From a virus (lineage: Duplodnaviria; Heunggongvirae; Uroviricota; Caudoviricetes): DNA of 35,737 nt. The stretch lies in the IMG/VR virus record IMGVR_UViG_2700989400_000002. One strand, 5' to 3'. The notes under the pieces were generated by a model. The model was not told where the DNA came from. It saw only the letters and a program-made list of their open reading frames with translations, and searched no databases. The position numbers and the translations under genes were made by a program. Shown piece by piece: positions 18,114 to 27,376 of the stretch. Every line of letters starts with the position of its first letter. Position 1 is the first letter of the stretch.

Positions 18114-18258
18114 CCCGCAGACGAACGGCGATTTAAGTGCCGATATCCGGCAGCTTGAGAACGCGCTGGCACGCTGTGCCAGCCAGGTAAAAATGATTAA
18201 ACACTGTCAGGACGAAAACGATGCTCAAACCCGACAGCCTGCGCAGGGCGCTGACTGA
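17968..18258 (+). CDS. lysC: LysC, Rz1-like outer-membrane lipoprotein spanin (96 aa), nested out of frame in lysB
   Basis: Internal ATG at 17968; lipoprotein signal with lipobox (LCAGC); Pro-rich; 96 aa as in P2 LysC. Confidence 0.7.
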   Translation: MKTKIFAAGTALTCLMLCAGCTSARPAPTPVIVANACPKVSLCPMPGSDPQTNGDLSADIRQLENALARCASQVKMIKHCQDENDAQTRQPAQGAD

Positions 18259-18688
18259 TGCCGTCACGGTGCTGAAAACCAGCCCCGAGATGCTGCGGAT
18301 ATTCGTGGATAACGGGAGTATTGCCTCCACACTGGCGACGTCGCTGTCATTTGAAAAGCGTTACACGCTCAATGTCATTGTGACCGACTTTACCGGTGAT
18401 TTTGACCTGCTCATCGTGCCGGTGCTGGCGTGGCTGCGGGAAAATCAGCCCGACATCATGACCACCGACGAAGGCCAGAAAAAGGGCTTCACGTTTTATG
18501 CGGACATCAACAATGACAGCAGCTTTGATATCAGTATCAGCCTGATGCTGACCGAGCGCACGCTGGTCAGTGAGGTTGACGGCGCGCTGCATGTGAAGAA
18601 TATCCCGGAACCCACGCCGCCGGAGCCCGTCACCCGCCCGATGGAGCTTTATATCAATGGCGAACTGGTGAGCAAGTGGGATGAATGA
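18221..18688 (+). CDS. R: tail completion protein R (155 aa)
   Basis: Length and position as P2 gpR. Confidence 0.8.
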   Translation: MLKPDSLRRALTDAVTVLKTSPEMLRIFVDNGSIASTLATSLSFEKRYTLNVIVTDFTGDFDLLIVPVLAWLRENQPDIMTTDEGQKKGFTFYADINNDSSFDISISLMLTERTLVSEVDGALHVKNIPEPTPPEPVTRPMELYINGELVSKWDE

Positions 18689-19133
18689 GTTTAAGCGTTT
18701 TGAAGACCGGCTGACCGGACTTATTGAATCGCTGTCACCGTCAGGGCGTCGGCGACTGAGTGCCGAACTGGCGAAACGTCTGCGGCAGAGTCAGCAGCGT
18801 CGGGTGATGGCACAGAAAGCCCCGGACGGCACCCCCTACGTGCCACGCCAGCAGCAGAGCGCCAGAAAAAAGCCCGGTCGTGTTAAGCGAAAAATGTTTG
18901 CGAAACTTATCACCAGTCGTTTTTTGCATATCCGCGCCAGCCCGGAACAGGCATCAATGGAGTTTTACGGCGGGAAGTCACCGAAAATCGCCAGTGTGCA
19001 TCAGTTTGGTCTGTCGGAAGAAAACCGGAAAGACGGTAAGAAAATTGATTATCCGGCGCGCCCTCTGCTCGGCTTTACCGGTGAGGATGTGCAGATGATT
19101 GAAGAGATTATCCTGGCTCACCTTGAGCGTTAG
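18681..19133 (+). CDS. S: tail completion protein S (150 aa)
   Basis: Length and position as P2 gpS. Confidence 0.8.
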   Translation: MNEFKRFEDRLTGLIESLSPSGRRRLSAELAKRLRQSQQRRVMAQKAPDGTPYVPRQQQSARKKPGRVKRKMFAKLITSRFLHIRASPEQASMEFYGGKSPKIASVHQFGLSEENRKDGKKIDYPARPLLGFTGEDVQMIEEIILAHLER

Positions 19134-19162
19134 TTTTATCCAGGCAGAGGCTGATGCGCAAT

Positions 19163-19199
19163 TAAACATTGAGCGGCCATGCTGGTCGCTCAATGTTTA
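19163..19199. terminator. hairpin between convergent S and the antisense cargo gene (13-bp stem taaacattgagcg / cgctcaatgttta)
   Basis: Perfect 13-bp inverted repeat with 11-nt loop between the two convergent stops. Confidence 0.45.
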
Positions 19200-19204
19200 G
19201 AGGT

Positions 19205-19990
19205 TTATGAGTGATTTTTATTTGATGCTTTGTATTCTAAAACCTTCTTATTGGCGTAAAAGAATTTTGTATATGACAGGAATATAACCAGACCTGAAGT
19301 GAAATAGACGAGGGATAGTATTAATAATGCTTTTTTGTGACTGTTATTATCTTTAATCTCCTGGCTTAACCATTCGGAGTCCTCCTCGTTTAGCTGTAAG
19401 AGCTTATTGCAGGCGATTTCAGGAAGTGTGTCTTTTATAAATACGTTTTGCAGTCTCTTGCAATCGGCAAGGCTATAAGTTTTATTAAATTCAACTGCTT
19501 TATTTTTGAAGGATAAAAGAACTTTGTCACTATAAACATAGTACATCATGTTTTTATATGGTATGCCTATGGCATCCCTTACTATAACGGATTGTTCGTT
19601 GTGTATGTAACATGCGAGGAGAATGTAAAAAATACTGGCCAGAATTACAATTATTGTTTTAATTATGTGTGGTGGTTTTGTTATGTCACCCCAGATGCGA
19701 GTAAGGAAAAAATACGATGTTTTTAGTTTTCCATCAATCAGTCCCTGCTGTATCATTCTCACATTTTCAATGCCTGATACATTGATTCCGTTAATTATTT
19801 TAAATAGTTGAATGTCGCGCCACTCGCGGTCAAGTCTTTTTAATTTTTTGTCTGAATATCCAAAATTGAAATAATGTGCAATAAGCCTCATAAGGTTACT
19901 TTTACCAAAGCTAAAAAATGCTAATACTGCAAAGCTACAAAGGAAAAAAACGATTAGCCCCCACACATTAGTCACATTATAGCTGACCAT
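19205..19990 (-). CDS. AT-rich integral membrane protein (261 aa, about 3 TM helices), P2 orf30 slot
   Basis: Antisense to the late operons; hydrophobic segments near residues 9-28, 108-128 and 222-241; strongly AT-rich. Confidence 0.6.
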   Translation of the reverse strand: MVSYNVTNVWGLIVFFLCSFAVLAFFSFGKSNLMRLIAHYFNFGYSDKKLKRLDREWRDIQLFKIINGINVSGIENVRMIQQGLIDGKLKTSYFFLTRIWGDITKPPHIIKTIIVILASIFYILLACYIHNEQSVIVRDAIGIPYKNMMYYVYSDKVLLSFKNKAVEFNKTYSLADCKRLQNVFIKDTLPEIACNKLLQLNEEDSEWLSQEIKDNNSHKKALLILSLVYFTSGLVIFLSYTKFFYANKKVLEYKASNKNHS

Positions 19991-20073
19991 TACGCTCTCC
20001 TTGGATGTTGTCTGGTAGTTCTACAAATGAATCCAGATAGCATAACTTTTATATATTGTGCAATCTCACATGC

Positions 20074-20709
20074 ATGAACACTCTCGCAAATATTCAGGAA
20101 CTCGCGCGCGCACTGCGCAACATGATTCGCACCGGCATTATCGTCGAAACCGACCTTAACGCCGGTCGCTGCCGCGTGCAGACCGGCGGCATGTGCACCG
20201 ACTGGCTTCAGTGGCTGACCCATCGCGCAGGACGTTCGCGCACATGGTGGGCACCTTCCGTGGGGGAACAGGTGCTGATTCTGGCCGTGGGTGGTGAACT
20301 CGACACGGCGTTCGTTCTGCCGGGGATTTATTCCGGCGATAACCCCTCGCCGTCTGTGTCGGCGGATGCCCTGCATATCCGTTTCCCTGACGGGGCGGTG
20401 ATTGAATATGAACCCGAAACCAGTGCACTCACGGTAAGCGGAATTAAAACGGCCAGCGTGACGGCTTCTGATTCTGTTACTGCCACGGTGCCGGTGGTCA
20501 TGGTGAAAGCATCAACCCGCGTCACCCTGGACACCCCGGAGGTGGTCTGCACCAACAGGCTGATTACCGGCACGCTGGAAGTGCAGAAGGGCGGGACGAT
20601 GCGCGGCAACATTGAACACACCGGCGGTGAACTCTCATCAAACGGTAAGGTACTGCATACCCATAAACACCCCGGCGACAGCGGCGGCACAACCGGGAGT
20701 CCTTTATGA
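20074..20709 (+). CDS. V: baseplate spike/assembly protein V (211 aa)
   Basis: ATG at 20074 gives 211 aa as in P2 gpV; the ORF-track start is a TTG extension. Confidence 0.85.
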   Translation: MNTLANIQELARALRNMIRTGIIVETDLNAGRCRVQTGGMCTDWLQWLTHRAGRSRTWWAPSVGEQVLILAVGGELDTAFVLPGIYSGDNPSPSVSADALHIRFPDGAVIEYEPETSALTVSGIKTASVTASDSVTATVPVVMVKASTRVTLDTPEVVCTNRLITGTLEVQKGGTMRGNIEHTGGELSSNGKVLHTHKHPGDSGGTTGSPL

Positions 20710-21053
20710 CAGCGCGTTATCTCGGAATGAATCGCAGTGATGGCCTGACTGTCACTGACCTTGAGCATATCAGCCAGAGTATCGGCGATATCCTGCGCAC
20801 ACCGGTCGGCTCACGGGTGATGCGTCGTGATTACGGCTCGTTGCTGGCATCAATGATTGACCAGCCGCAGACCCCGACGCTTGAGTTGCAGATTAAGGTC
20901 GCCTGTTACATGGCGGTGCTGAAATGGGAACCCCGCGTCACCCTGTCATCCGTCACCACTGAGCGCAGTTTTGACGGGCGAATGACGGTCACGTTAACCG
21001 GCCAGCACAACGACACCGGCCAGCCACTTTCATTAACCATCCCTGTGAGTTGA
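20706..21053 (+). CDS. W: baseplate protein W (115 aa)
   Basis: Length and position as P2 gpW. Confidence 0.85.
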   Translation: MTARYLGMNRSDGLTVTDLEHISQSIGDILRTPVGSRVMRRDYGSLLASMIDQPQTPTLELQIKVACYMAVLKWEPRVTLSSVTTERSFDGRMTVTLTGQHNDTGQPLSLTIPVS

Positions 21054-21057
21054 AACC

Positions 21058-21966
21058 ATGCCGATTATCGACCTGAACCAGCTACCCGCACCGGATGTGG
21101 TCGAGGAGCTGGACTTTGAAAGCATTCTCGCTGAACGCAAGGCGACACTGATTTCCCTTTACCCGGAAGATCAGCAGGAGGCGGTCGCCCGTACCCTGAC
21201 ACTGGAATCTGAGCCTCTCGTCAAACTGCTGGAAGAAAATGCTTATCGTGAGCTTATCTGGCGTCAGCGTGTGAATGAGGCCGCACGGGCGGTGATGCTG
21301 GCCTGTGCCGCCGGTAATGACCTTGATGTGATTGGTGCCAATTACAACACCACGCGCCTGACTATCACCCCGGCAGATGATTCGACCATTCCGCCGACAC
21401 CGGCAGTGATGGAATCTGACACAGATTATCGTCTGCGTATTCAGCAGGCTTTTGAGGGCTTAAGCGTCGCCGGGTCAGTGGGAGCCTATCAGTATCATGG
21501 TCGCAGTGCTGACGGGCGTGTCGCGGATATTTCTGTCACCAGTCCGTCTCCTGCCTGTGTCACCATCTCTGTGCTGTCACGTGAAAATAACGGCGTCGCA
21601 TCCGAAGACCTGCTGGCTGTGGTGCGTAACGCCCTTAATGGCGAGGACGTCAGGCCGGTGGCCGACCGCGTGACCGTGCAGTCTGCCGCCATCGTTGAAT
21701 ACCAGATAAACGCCACGCTTTACCTTTACCCTGGTCCCGAAAGCGAACCCATCCGCGCTGCCGCTGTGAAAAAGCTGGAAGCGTATATCACGGCACAGCA
21801 CCGGCTGGGGCGCGACATCCGTCTGTCTGCCATTTATGCCGCTTTGCATGTGGAAGGTGTGCAGCGTGTCGAACTGGCTGCACCACTGGCCGACATCGTG
21901 CTCAACAGTACGCAGGCGTCTTTCTGTACCGAATACCGCGTCGTGACCGGAGGCTCGGATGAGTGA
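21058..21966 (+). CDS. J: baseplate protein J (302 aa)
   Basis: Length and position as P2 gpJ. Confidence 0.85.
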   Translation: MPIIDLNQLPAPDVVEELDFESILAERKATLISLYPEDQQEAVARTLTLESEPLVKLLEENAYRELIWRQRVNEAARAVMLACAAGNDLDVIGANYNTTRLTITPADDSTIPPTPAVMESDTDYRLRIQQAFEGLSVAGSVGAYQYHGRSADGRVADISVTSPSPACVTISVLSRENNGVASEDLLAVVRNALNGEDVRPVADRVTVQSAAIVEYQINATLYLYPGPESEPIRAAAVKKLEAYITAQHRLGRDIRLSAIYAALHVEGVQRVELAAPLADIVLNSTQASFCTEYRVVTGGSDE

Positions 21967-22489
21967 TTCGCGACTGCTGCCGACCGGCTCATCACCGCTT
22001 GAGGTCGCCGCCGCAAAAGCCTGTGCGGAAATTGAAAAAACGCCGGTCAGTATTCGTGAGCTGTGGAACCCGGACACCTGTCCGGCAAATCTGCTGCCGT
22101 GGCTGGCGTGGGCGTTTTCGGTCGACAGGTGGGATGAAAAGTGGCCGGAAGCGACAAAACGCGCCGTTATCCGCGATGCGTATTTCATCCACTGTCATAA
22201 AGGCACAATAGGTGCAATCCGGCGTGTGGTGGAGCCGCTCGGCTATCTCATCAACGTGACGGAGTGGTGGGAAAACAGTGACCCGCCCGGCACCTTCCGG
22301 CTTGATATTGGTGTACTGGAAAGCGGCATCACAGAGGCAATGTATCAGGAAATGGAACGGCTGATTGCTGATGCCAAACCTGCAAGCCGCCACCTTATTG
22401 GCCTGAACATTACCCGGGACATTCCCGGCTACCTGTTCGCCGGTGGTGTGGCTTACGACGGCGATGTAATTACGGTTTACCCCGGATAA
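21959..22489 (+). CDS. I: baseplate protein I (176 aa)
   Basis: Length and position as P2 gpI. Confidence 0.85.
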   Translation: MSDSRLLPTGSSPLEVAAAKACAEIEKTPVSIRELWNPDTCPANLLPWLAWAFSVDRWDEKWPEATKRAVIRDAYFIHCHKGTIGAIRRVVEPLGYLINVTEWWENSDPPGTFRLDIGVLESGITEAMYQEMERLIADAKPASRHLIGLNITRDIPGYLFAGGVAYDGDVITVYPG

Positions 22490-22499
22490 GTGAGGAATA

Positions 22500-24818
22500 A
22501 TGAGCACAAAATTCAGAACCGTTATCACCACTGCCGGTGCAGCAAAGCTGGCAGCGGCAACCGCACCGGGAGGGCGGAAGGTCAACATTACCACGATGGC
22601 CGTCGGGGATGGCGGTGGTAAATTGCCTGTCCCGGATGCCGGACAGACCGGGCTTATCCATGAAGTCTGGCGACATGCGCTGAACAAAATCACCCTGGAC
22701 AAACGAAACAGTAATTATATTATCGCAGAGCTGGTTATTCCGCCGGAGGTGGGCGGTTTCTGGATGCGTGAGCTTGGCCTGTACGATGATGCGGGAACGC
22801 TAATTGCCGTGGCGAACATGGCTGAAAGTTATAAACCCGCTCTTGCCGAAGGCTCAGGGCGTTCGCAGACCTGCCGCATGGTCATCATCGTCAGCAGTGT
22901 GGCCTCAGTGGAGCTGACCATTGACACCACAACGGTGATGGCAACGCAGGATTACGTTGATGACAAAATTGCAGAGCATGAACAGTCACGACGTCACCCG
23001 GACGCCTCGCTGACCGCAAAAGGTTTTACTCAGTTAAGCAGTGCAACCAACAGCGCGTCTGAAACACTGGCCGCAACGCCGAAAGCGGTAAAGGCCGCCT
23101 ATGACCTTGCTAACGGGAAATATACCGCACAGGACGCTACCACAGCGCGAAAAGGTCTTGTCCAGCTCAGTAGTGCCACCAACAGCACGTCTGAAACGCT
23201 CGCCGCAACACCAAAAGCGGTTAAGGCAGCGTATGACCTTGCTAACGGTAAATATACTGCACAGGACGCCACCACAGTGCGAAAAGGTCTTATCCAGCTC
23301 AGTAGCGTCACCAACAGCGATTCTGAAACGCTTGCGGCAACGCCAAAGGCGGTAAAGGCAGCGTATGACCTTGCTAACGGGAAATACACTGCACAGGATG
23401 CCACCACGGCGCGGAAAGGGCTTGTCCAGCTCAGTAGCGCCACCAACAGTGATTCTGAAACGCTGGCCGCAACACCAAAAGCGGTGAAGTCTGCCTATGA
23501 CAATGCTGAAAAACGTCTTCAGAAAGATCAGAACGGTGCGGATATTCCGGGAAAGGATACCTTCACGAAAAATATCGGTGCCTGTCGTGCTTATAGCGGC
23601 GCTTTGAGCACTGAAGCCGGAAACTGGACAACCGCTCAGTTTATTGAATGGCTGGATTCCCGTGGTGCATTTAATCATCCGTACTGGATGTGCAAAGGCT
23701 CCTGGTCATATGCAAATAACAAAATCATTACGGATACCGGATGTGGTGATATCCACCTGGCTGGTTGTGTCGTCGAGGTCATGGGAACTAAATCTGCAAT
23801 CACTATCCGAGTGACCACGCCGACAACATCAAGCGGTGGCGGTACAACCAGCGCACAATTCACTTACATTAATCATGGGGACGGCTACTCCCCCGGCTGG
23901 CGTCGTGACTGGAATCGTCAGGGCGACGCAATGACCGGAACGATTAATCAGGACGGTGGAAGCCAGAATGCCTATATGTCTACGGCCTTATGTTCAGGCA
24001 CAAGAGGCGGCAAAAAATATCTCAGAAAGTTTCGTGGTGGAGAAGGAGACACTATCTGGCATGAAACAGTACAGGGCGGGGTAGTTCGTTGGGCGACTGG
24101 TAATACTGATGCTCAGGAAGAATTATCACTCAGCTCCGCTTATGGTCTCCGTTCAAGAGGTGAGATTACATCACTCAGTGCTAATGGTCTGCGCATTGCT
24201 TATGGCAATTATGGATTCTTTATCAGGAATGATGGCGGCAGCACATATTTAATGCTGACGGCCTCTGGCGATAAATTTGGGACATGGAACGGCTTAAGAC
24301 CGCTGACTATCAATAACGCCAATGGCGGAGTGTCAATGGGGCATGGCCTGAGTGTTACAGGTGATATTGTCTCAAGTACCAAAGTACGTGCCGGTAGCGG
24401 GAAAAAGTTCACGGTCAGCAGCAGCAATACATCCACGAAGGAAGCCGCATTCAATTTGTGGGGAAACTCAAGTCGTCCTGTGGTGGCTGAATTAGGTGAT
24501 GATGCAGGCTGGCATTTTTACAGTCAGAGAAATACAGATAACAGCATCACTTTTGCTGTTAACGGGCAGGTATCACCATCTAACTATGGCAACTTTGATT
24601 CACGCTATGTCCGGGATATCCGGCTTGGTGGTGCTGCCACATACAAACCTGCGAACAATGGTATGACATGGACACATCAGGCACCGTCCGGGTGTGTATA
24701 TTCCGGCATTATTGTTCAGGATACCGGCTCAAACTCTGCCGATAACATTGGTGGCGTATATTACAGACCGGTGCAGAAATACATTAACGGGACTTGGTAT
24801 AACGTGGCGCAGGTATAA
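22500..24818 (+). CDS. H: tail fiber protein H (772 aa) with internal tandem repeats
   Basis: Conserved N-terminus; longer than P2 gpH (669 aa from memory); contains 132-bp in-frame tandem repeats; C-terminal half is lower in GC. Confidence 0.85.
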   Translation: MSTKFRTVITTAGAAKLAAATAPGGRKVNITTMAVGDGGGKLPVPDAGQTGLIHEVWRHALNKITLDKRNSNYIIAELVIPPEVGGFWMRELGLYDDAGTLIAVANMAESYKPALAEGSGRSQTCRMVIIVSSVASVELTIDTTTVMATQDYVDDKIAEHEQSRRHPDASLTAKGFTQLSSATNSASETLAATPKAVKAAYDLANGKYTAQDATTARKGLVQLSSATNSTSETLAATPKAVKAAYDLANGKYTAQDATTVRKGLIQLSSVTNSDSETLAATPKAVKAAYDLANGKYTAQDATTARKGLVQLSSATNSDSETLAATPKAVKSAYDNAEKRLQKDQNGADIPGKDTFTKNIGACRAYSGALSTEAGNWTTAQFIEWLDSRGAFNHPYWMCKGSWSYANNKIITDTGCGDIHLAGCVVEVMGTKSAITIRVTTPTTSSGGGTTSAQFTYINHGDGYSPGWRRDWNRQGDAMTGTINQDGGSQNAYMSTALCSGTRGGKKYLRKFRGGEGDTIWHETVQGGVVRWATGNTDAQEELSLSSAYGLRSRGEITSLSANGLRIAYGNYGFFIRNDGGSTYLMLTASGDKFGTWNGLRPLTINNANGGVSMGHGLSVTGDIVSSTKVRAGSGKKFTVSSSNTSTKEAAFNLWGNSSRPVVAELGDDAGWHFYSQRNTDNSITFAVNGQVSPSNYGNFDSRYVRDIRLGGAATYKPANNGMTWTHQAPSGCVYSGIIVQDTGSNSADNIGGVYYRPVQKYINGTWYNVAQV
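23013..23501 (+). repeat. in-frame tandem repeat inside H: about 3.6 copies of a 132-bp (44-aa) unit
   Basis: Units begin at 23031, 23163, 23295 and 23427 (partial), with a leading partial copy from 23013; they differ at a few positions. Confidence 0.85.
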
Positions 24819-24821
24819 TTT

Positions 24822-25349
24822 ATGCAGCATTTGATAAATATAACGGCAGGTAATCCAAAAACGGTTGAACAATATCAATTGACAAAAGACTTTGATGTTG
24901 TCTGGTTTTTTTCAGAAGATGGTAAGAACTGGTACGAAGAACAAAAGTATTTTGCTGATGACACGCTAAAAATAGCGTACGACAAAGATAATATCATCCG
25001 CTATGTGGAAAAGGATGTGACAGCTATCAGACCGGATGGATTAAGTGTTGTTGAAGTGGCGGATATTACTGCTAACCGACGGGCGGACATTTCAGGGAAC
25101 TGGATGTTTAAGGACGGCAAAGTGATTAAACGCATTTATACGGCAGAGGAATTGCAGCAGCAGGCAGAAAACCGGAAAGCCAGACTTCTTGCAGATGCTG
25201 AATCCGTGATTTTGCCGCTGGAGCGTGCTGTCAGACTGAACATGGCAACAGATGAGGAGCGTAGCCGACTGGAAGCATGGGAACGCTACAGCGTTCTGGT
25301 CAGTCGTGTGGATCCTGCAAATCCTGAATGGCCGGAAATGCCGCAATAA
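24822..25349 (+). CDS. G: tail fiber assembly chaperone G (175 aa)
   Basis: Length and position as P2 gpG; AT-rich. Confidence 0.8.
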   Translation: MQHLINITAGNPKTVEQYQLTKDFDVVWFFSEDGKNWYEEQKYFADDTLKIAYDKDNIIRYVEKDVTAIRPDGLSVVEVADITANRRADISGNWMFKDGKVIKRIYTAEELQQQAENRKARLLADAESVILPLERAVRLNMATDEERSRLEAWERYSVLVSRVDPANPEWPEMPQ

Positions 25350-25384
25350 GTTGTATGATCTCTGGAGTGAGCAAACGTATCTAT

Positions 25385-25424
25385 GGCACAGAGTTAAGCC
25401 TAATCTGACAGTACGCTCTGTGCC
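25385..25424. other. hairpin downstream of G (9-bp stem ggcacagag / ctctgtgcc, 22-nt loop)
   Basis: Inverted repeat read directly; no T-run. Confidence 0.3.
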
Positions 25425-25611
25425 AGGAGCGGATACTTTAATGTTCTATCACTATTGGATATGATTATCATGAAACTACCTTAAATTAACATCTTGCTAA
25501 AGATGCAACCAAAAGTTACCTTCAGGGAATTGTGAGCTGATAAGAAGAATAGTTGTATCTAATAAGATGTTGAGTTTTAATTAAACTCCATGCGAACAAG
25601 GAGGGCAAAAA

Positions 25612-27225
25612 ATGAGCAATTCATTTTCAATTACACTACCTACAAAAGAAAAAGACCTAGCGGAAATAGAGACTAATCAGAGCGTGCTTATTATCGGTGC
25701 GAATGGCTCTGGAAAGTCTCGCCTTGGGACATGGATGGATCTAAAATCTCCTCAAAGAAATATTGTTCATCGTATTTCCGCTCAGCGGGCTTTAGCGATG
25801 CCTGACCATACAACACCAACTTCGCTTCAACAAGCACAGAATAATTTACTCTATGGAATTGAAAATTTGGAAGGGTCGGAACTACTTTGGTATAAAGAGA
25901 ATTATCGCTGGGGAAGTAAACCTGCCATATCATCATTAAATGATTATGGTAAATTAATGGTGTATCTCTTTTCAGACAAAATTGAAGAAAACTCGAAATA
26001 TATTGAATTAGTTAAATCTTCAGAAAAAAGAATTGAACCAACGACGACTAAATTAGATAAAATTAAATATATTTGGGAAAAAACATTACCTCACCGAGAG
26101 CTTGTTTTAGGCGGTTTGACAATTCAAACACGAGCAAAAGGAAATAACGAGGCTGTCTATAACCCCTCGGAAATGAGCGACGGTGAGCGAGTTATTTTCT
26201 ATCTGATTGGGCAATGTCTTGCAGCACCCGAAAATGGAATTATTGTCATAGACGAGCCAGAAATTCATCTTCACAAATCTGTACAAGTTCCATTATGGAA
26301 GGATATAGAAAAACTCCGACCTGATTGCCTGTTTGTATATATGACTCATGATACTGATTTTGCTGCAGCACTGCATGATGCAAAGAAAATCTGGTTAAAA
26401 AGTTATGATGGTTCCAGTTGGGATTGGGAAGATGTTCCCGATGTCGAAGGCCTACCAGAAAGTTTATTAATTGAAATATTGGGTAGTAGAAAACCAATTG
26501 TTTTTGTTGAGGGGGAAAATGGAAGCTATGATGTATCCCTTTATCGTGCTGTGTTAAATAGTTATCTAGTGATACCATCTGGTTCTTGTAGTCAAGTAAT
26601 ACAAAATGTTAAAGCTCTAAGAGCCAGTGAAAAACTCCATTATATGGAAGTTTTTGGTATTATTGATAGGGATAGACGTGTTGAAAATGAAATTCAATCG
26701 CTTCTGGAATACGGTATTTATACTCTAAGCGTGGCTGAAGTCGAAAATCTCTTTTGCGTTCCGGAAGTTATAACTTTAGTTAGCGAACGATTAGTCAGGA
26801 ATCCAGATAAAGATCTACAATCAGTTAAAGATTTTGTGTTCCGTAAAATATCCTCAGAGCTGGATACTCAGATTTCACTGCGTGTGGCTGGCGAAATTAA
26901 ATTCATGCTTAATTGTTTTGATGAAAAAGCAAAAGGGGTCGATGCTCTTAGTAGAGCTCTTGAGTTGTTGACGTCACAAATTAATGTTAAAGAGCTTTAT
27001 GATGAAAGTTTATCTCTGTTTAATAATGCAGTTGAGAAACGTGATTATCTTCTTGCATTAAAACTTTATAACAGGAAAAGCCTTTCATCCCAAGTAAGTA
27101 AGCATCTGGGGCTGGCTAATGGACAGCTTGCTGAATTAGTGGTCAGGATGGCTAATAATGAAAGTGGAGAGTCAATGAGAAATGCTCTCAGACCATATTT
27201 TGGTGAGTTTTCGAGTAAAATATAG
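25612..27225 (+). CDS. ABC-type ATPase fused to Toprim/DUF4435-like domain (537 aa), Z/fun-slot cargo
   Basis: Walker A GANGSGKS (25696..25719), SDGER signature-like, Walker B/D-loop IIVIDEPEIHLH (D-E-P-E at 26251..26262), Toprim-like VFVEGENGSYD (26509..26517) and IIDRD (26665..26673); strong RBS aaggaggg; AT-rich. Confidence 0.65.
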   Translation: MSNSFSITLPTKEKDLAEIETNQSVLIIGANGSGKSRLGTWMDLKSPQRNIVHRISAQRALAMPDHTTPTSLQQAQNNLLYGIENLEGSELLWYKENYRWGSKPAISSLNDYGKLMVYLFSDKIEENSKYIELVKSSEKRIEPTTTKLDKIKYIWEKTLPHRELVLGGLTIQTRAKGNNEAVYNPSEMSDGERVIFYLIGQCLAAPENGIIVIDEPEIHLHKSVQVPLWKDIEKLRPDCLFVYMTHDTDFAAALHDAKKIWLKSYDGSSWDWEDVPDVEGLPESLLIEILGSRKPIVFVEGENGSYDVSLYRAVLNSYLVIPSGSCSQVIQNVKALRASEKLHYMEVFGIIDRDRRVENEIQSLLEYGIYTLSVAEVENLFCVPEVITLVSERLVRNPDKDLQSVKDFVFRKISSELDTQISLRVAGEIKFMLNCFDEKAKGVDALSRALELLTSQINVKELYDESLSLFNNAVEKRDYLLALKLYNRKSLSSQVSKHLGLANGQLAELVVRMANNESGESMRNALRPYFGEFSSKI

Positions 27226-27376
27226 TTATACAGAGTGCATAATACTTATCGTGACTGTGGTTGGATGATGTGTGTGGTTCATGTGTCTGCTCCTCGCTCA
27301 CAGCAGGCTGTCAGATTTGATAGCGTTTGGGCTATGTAAATTGTCAGTTGGAAAATGAGTGAGTGCAAGTCAGGAC

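Noticed and set aside
19990-20376. 128-aa minus-strand ORF overlapping the start of V
   Set aside because: GC-rich antisense overlap with conserved V; Arg/Ala/Pro-rich composition; not independent of the V coding frame.
23013-23501. Possible CRISPR-like array
   Set aside because: Repeats are 132 bp, contiguous with no unique spacers, and in frame within the tail fiber gene; this is a coding tandem repeat.
23034-23678. Minus-strand 214-aa and 115-aa ORFs and a plus-strand 84-aa ORF inside the H repeat array
   Set aside because: Artefacts of the in-frame tandem repeat in H; their repetitive protein sequences simply mirror the repeat.
25252-25464. 70-aa ORF overlapping the end of G and the downstream hairpin
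   Set aside because: Overlaps G out of frame and runs through an inverted repeat; no RBS; probably non-coding intergenic sequence.
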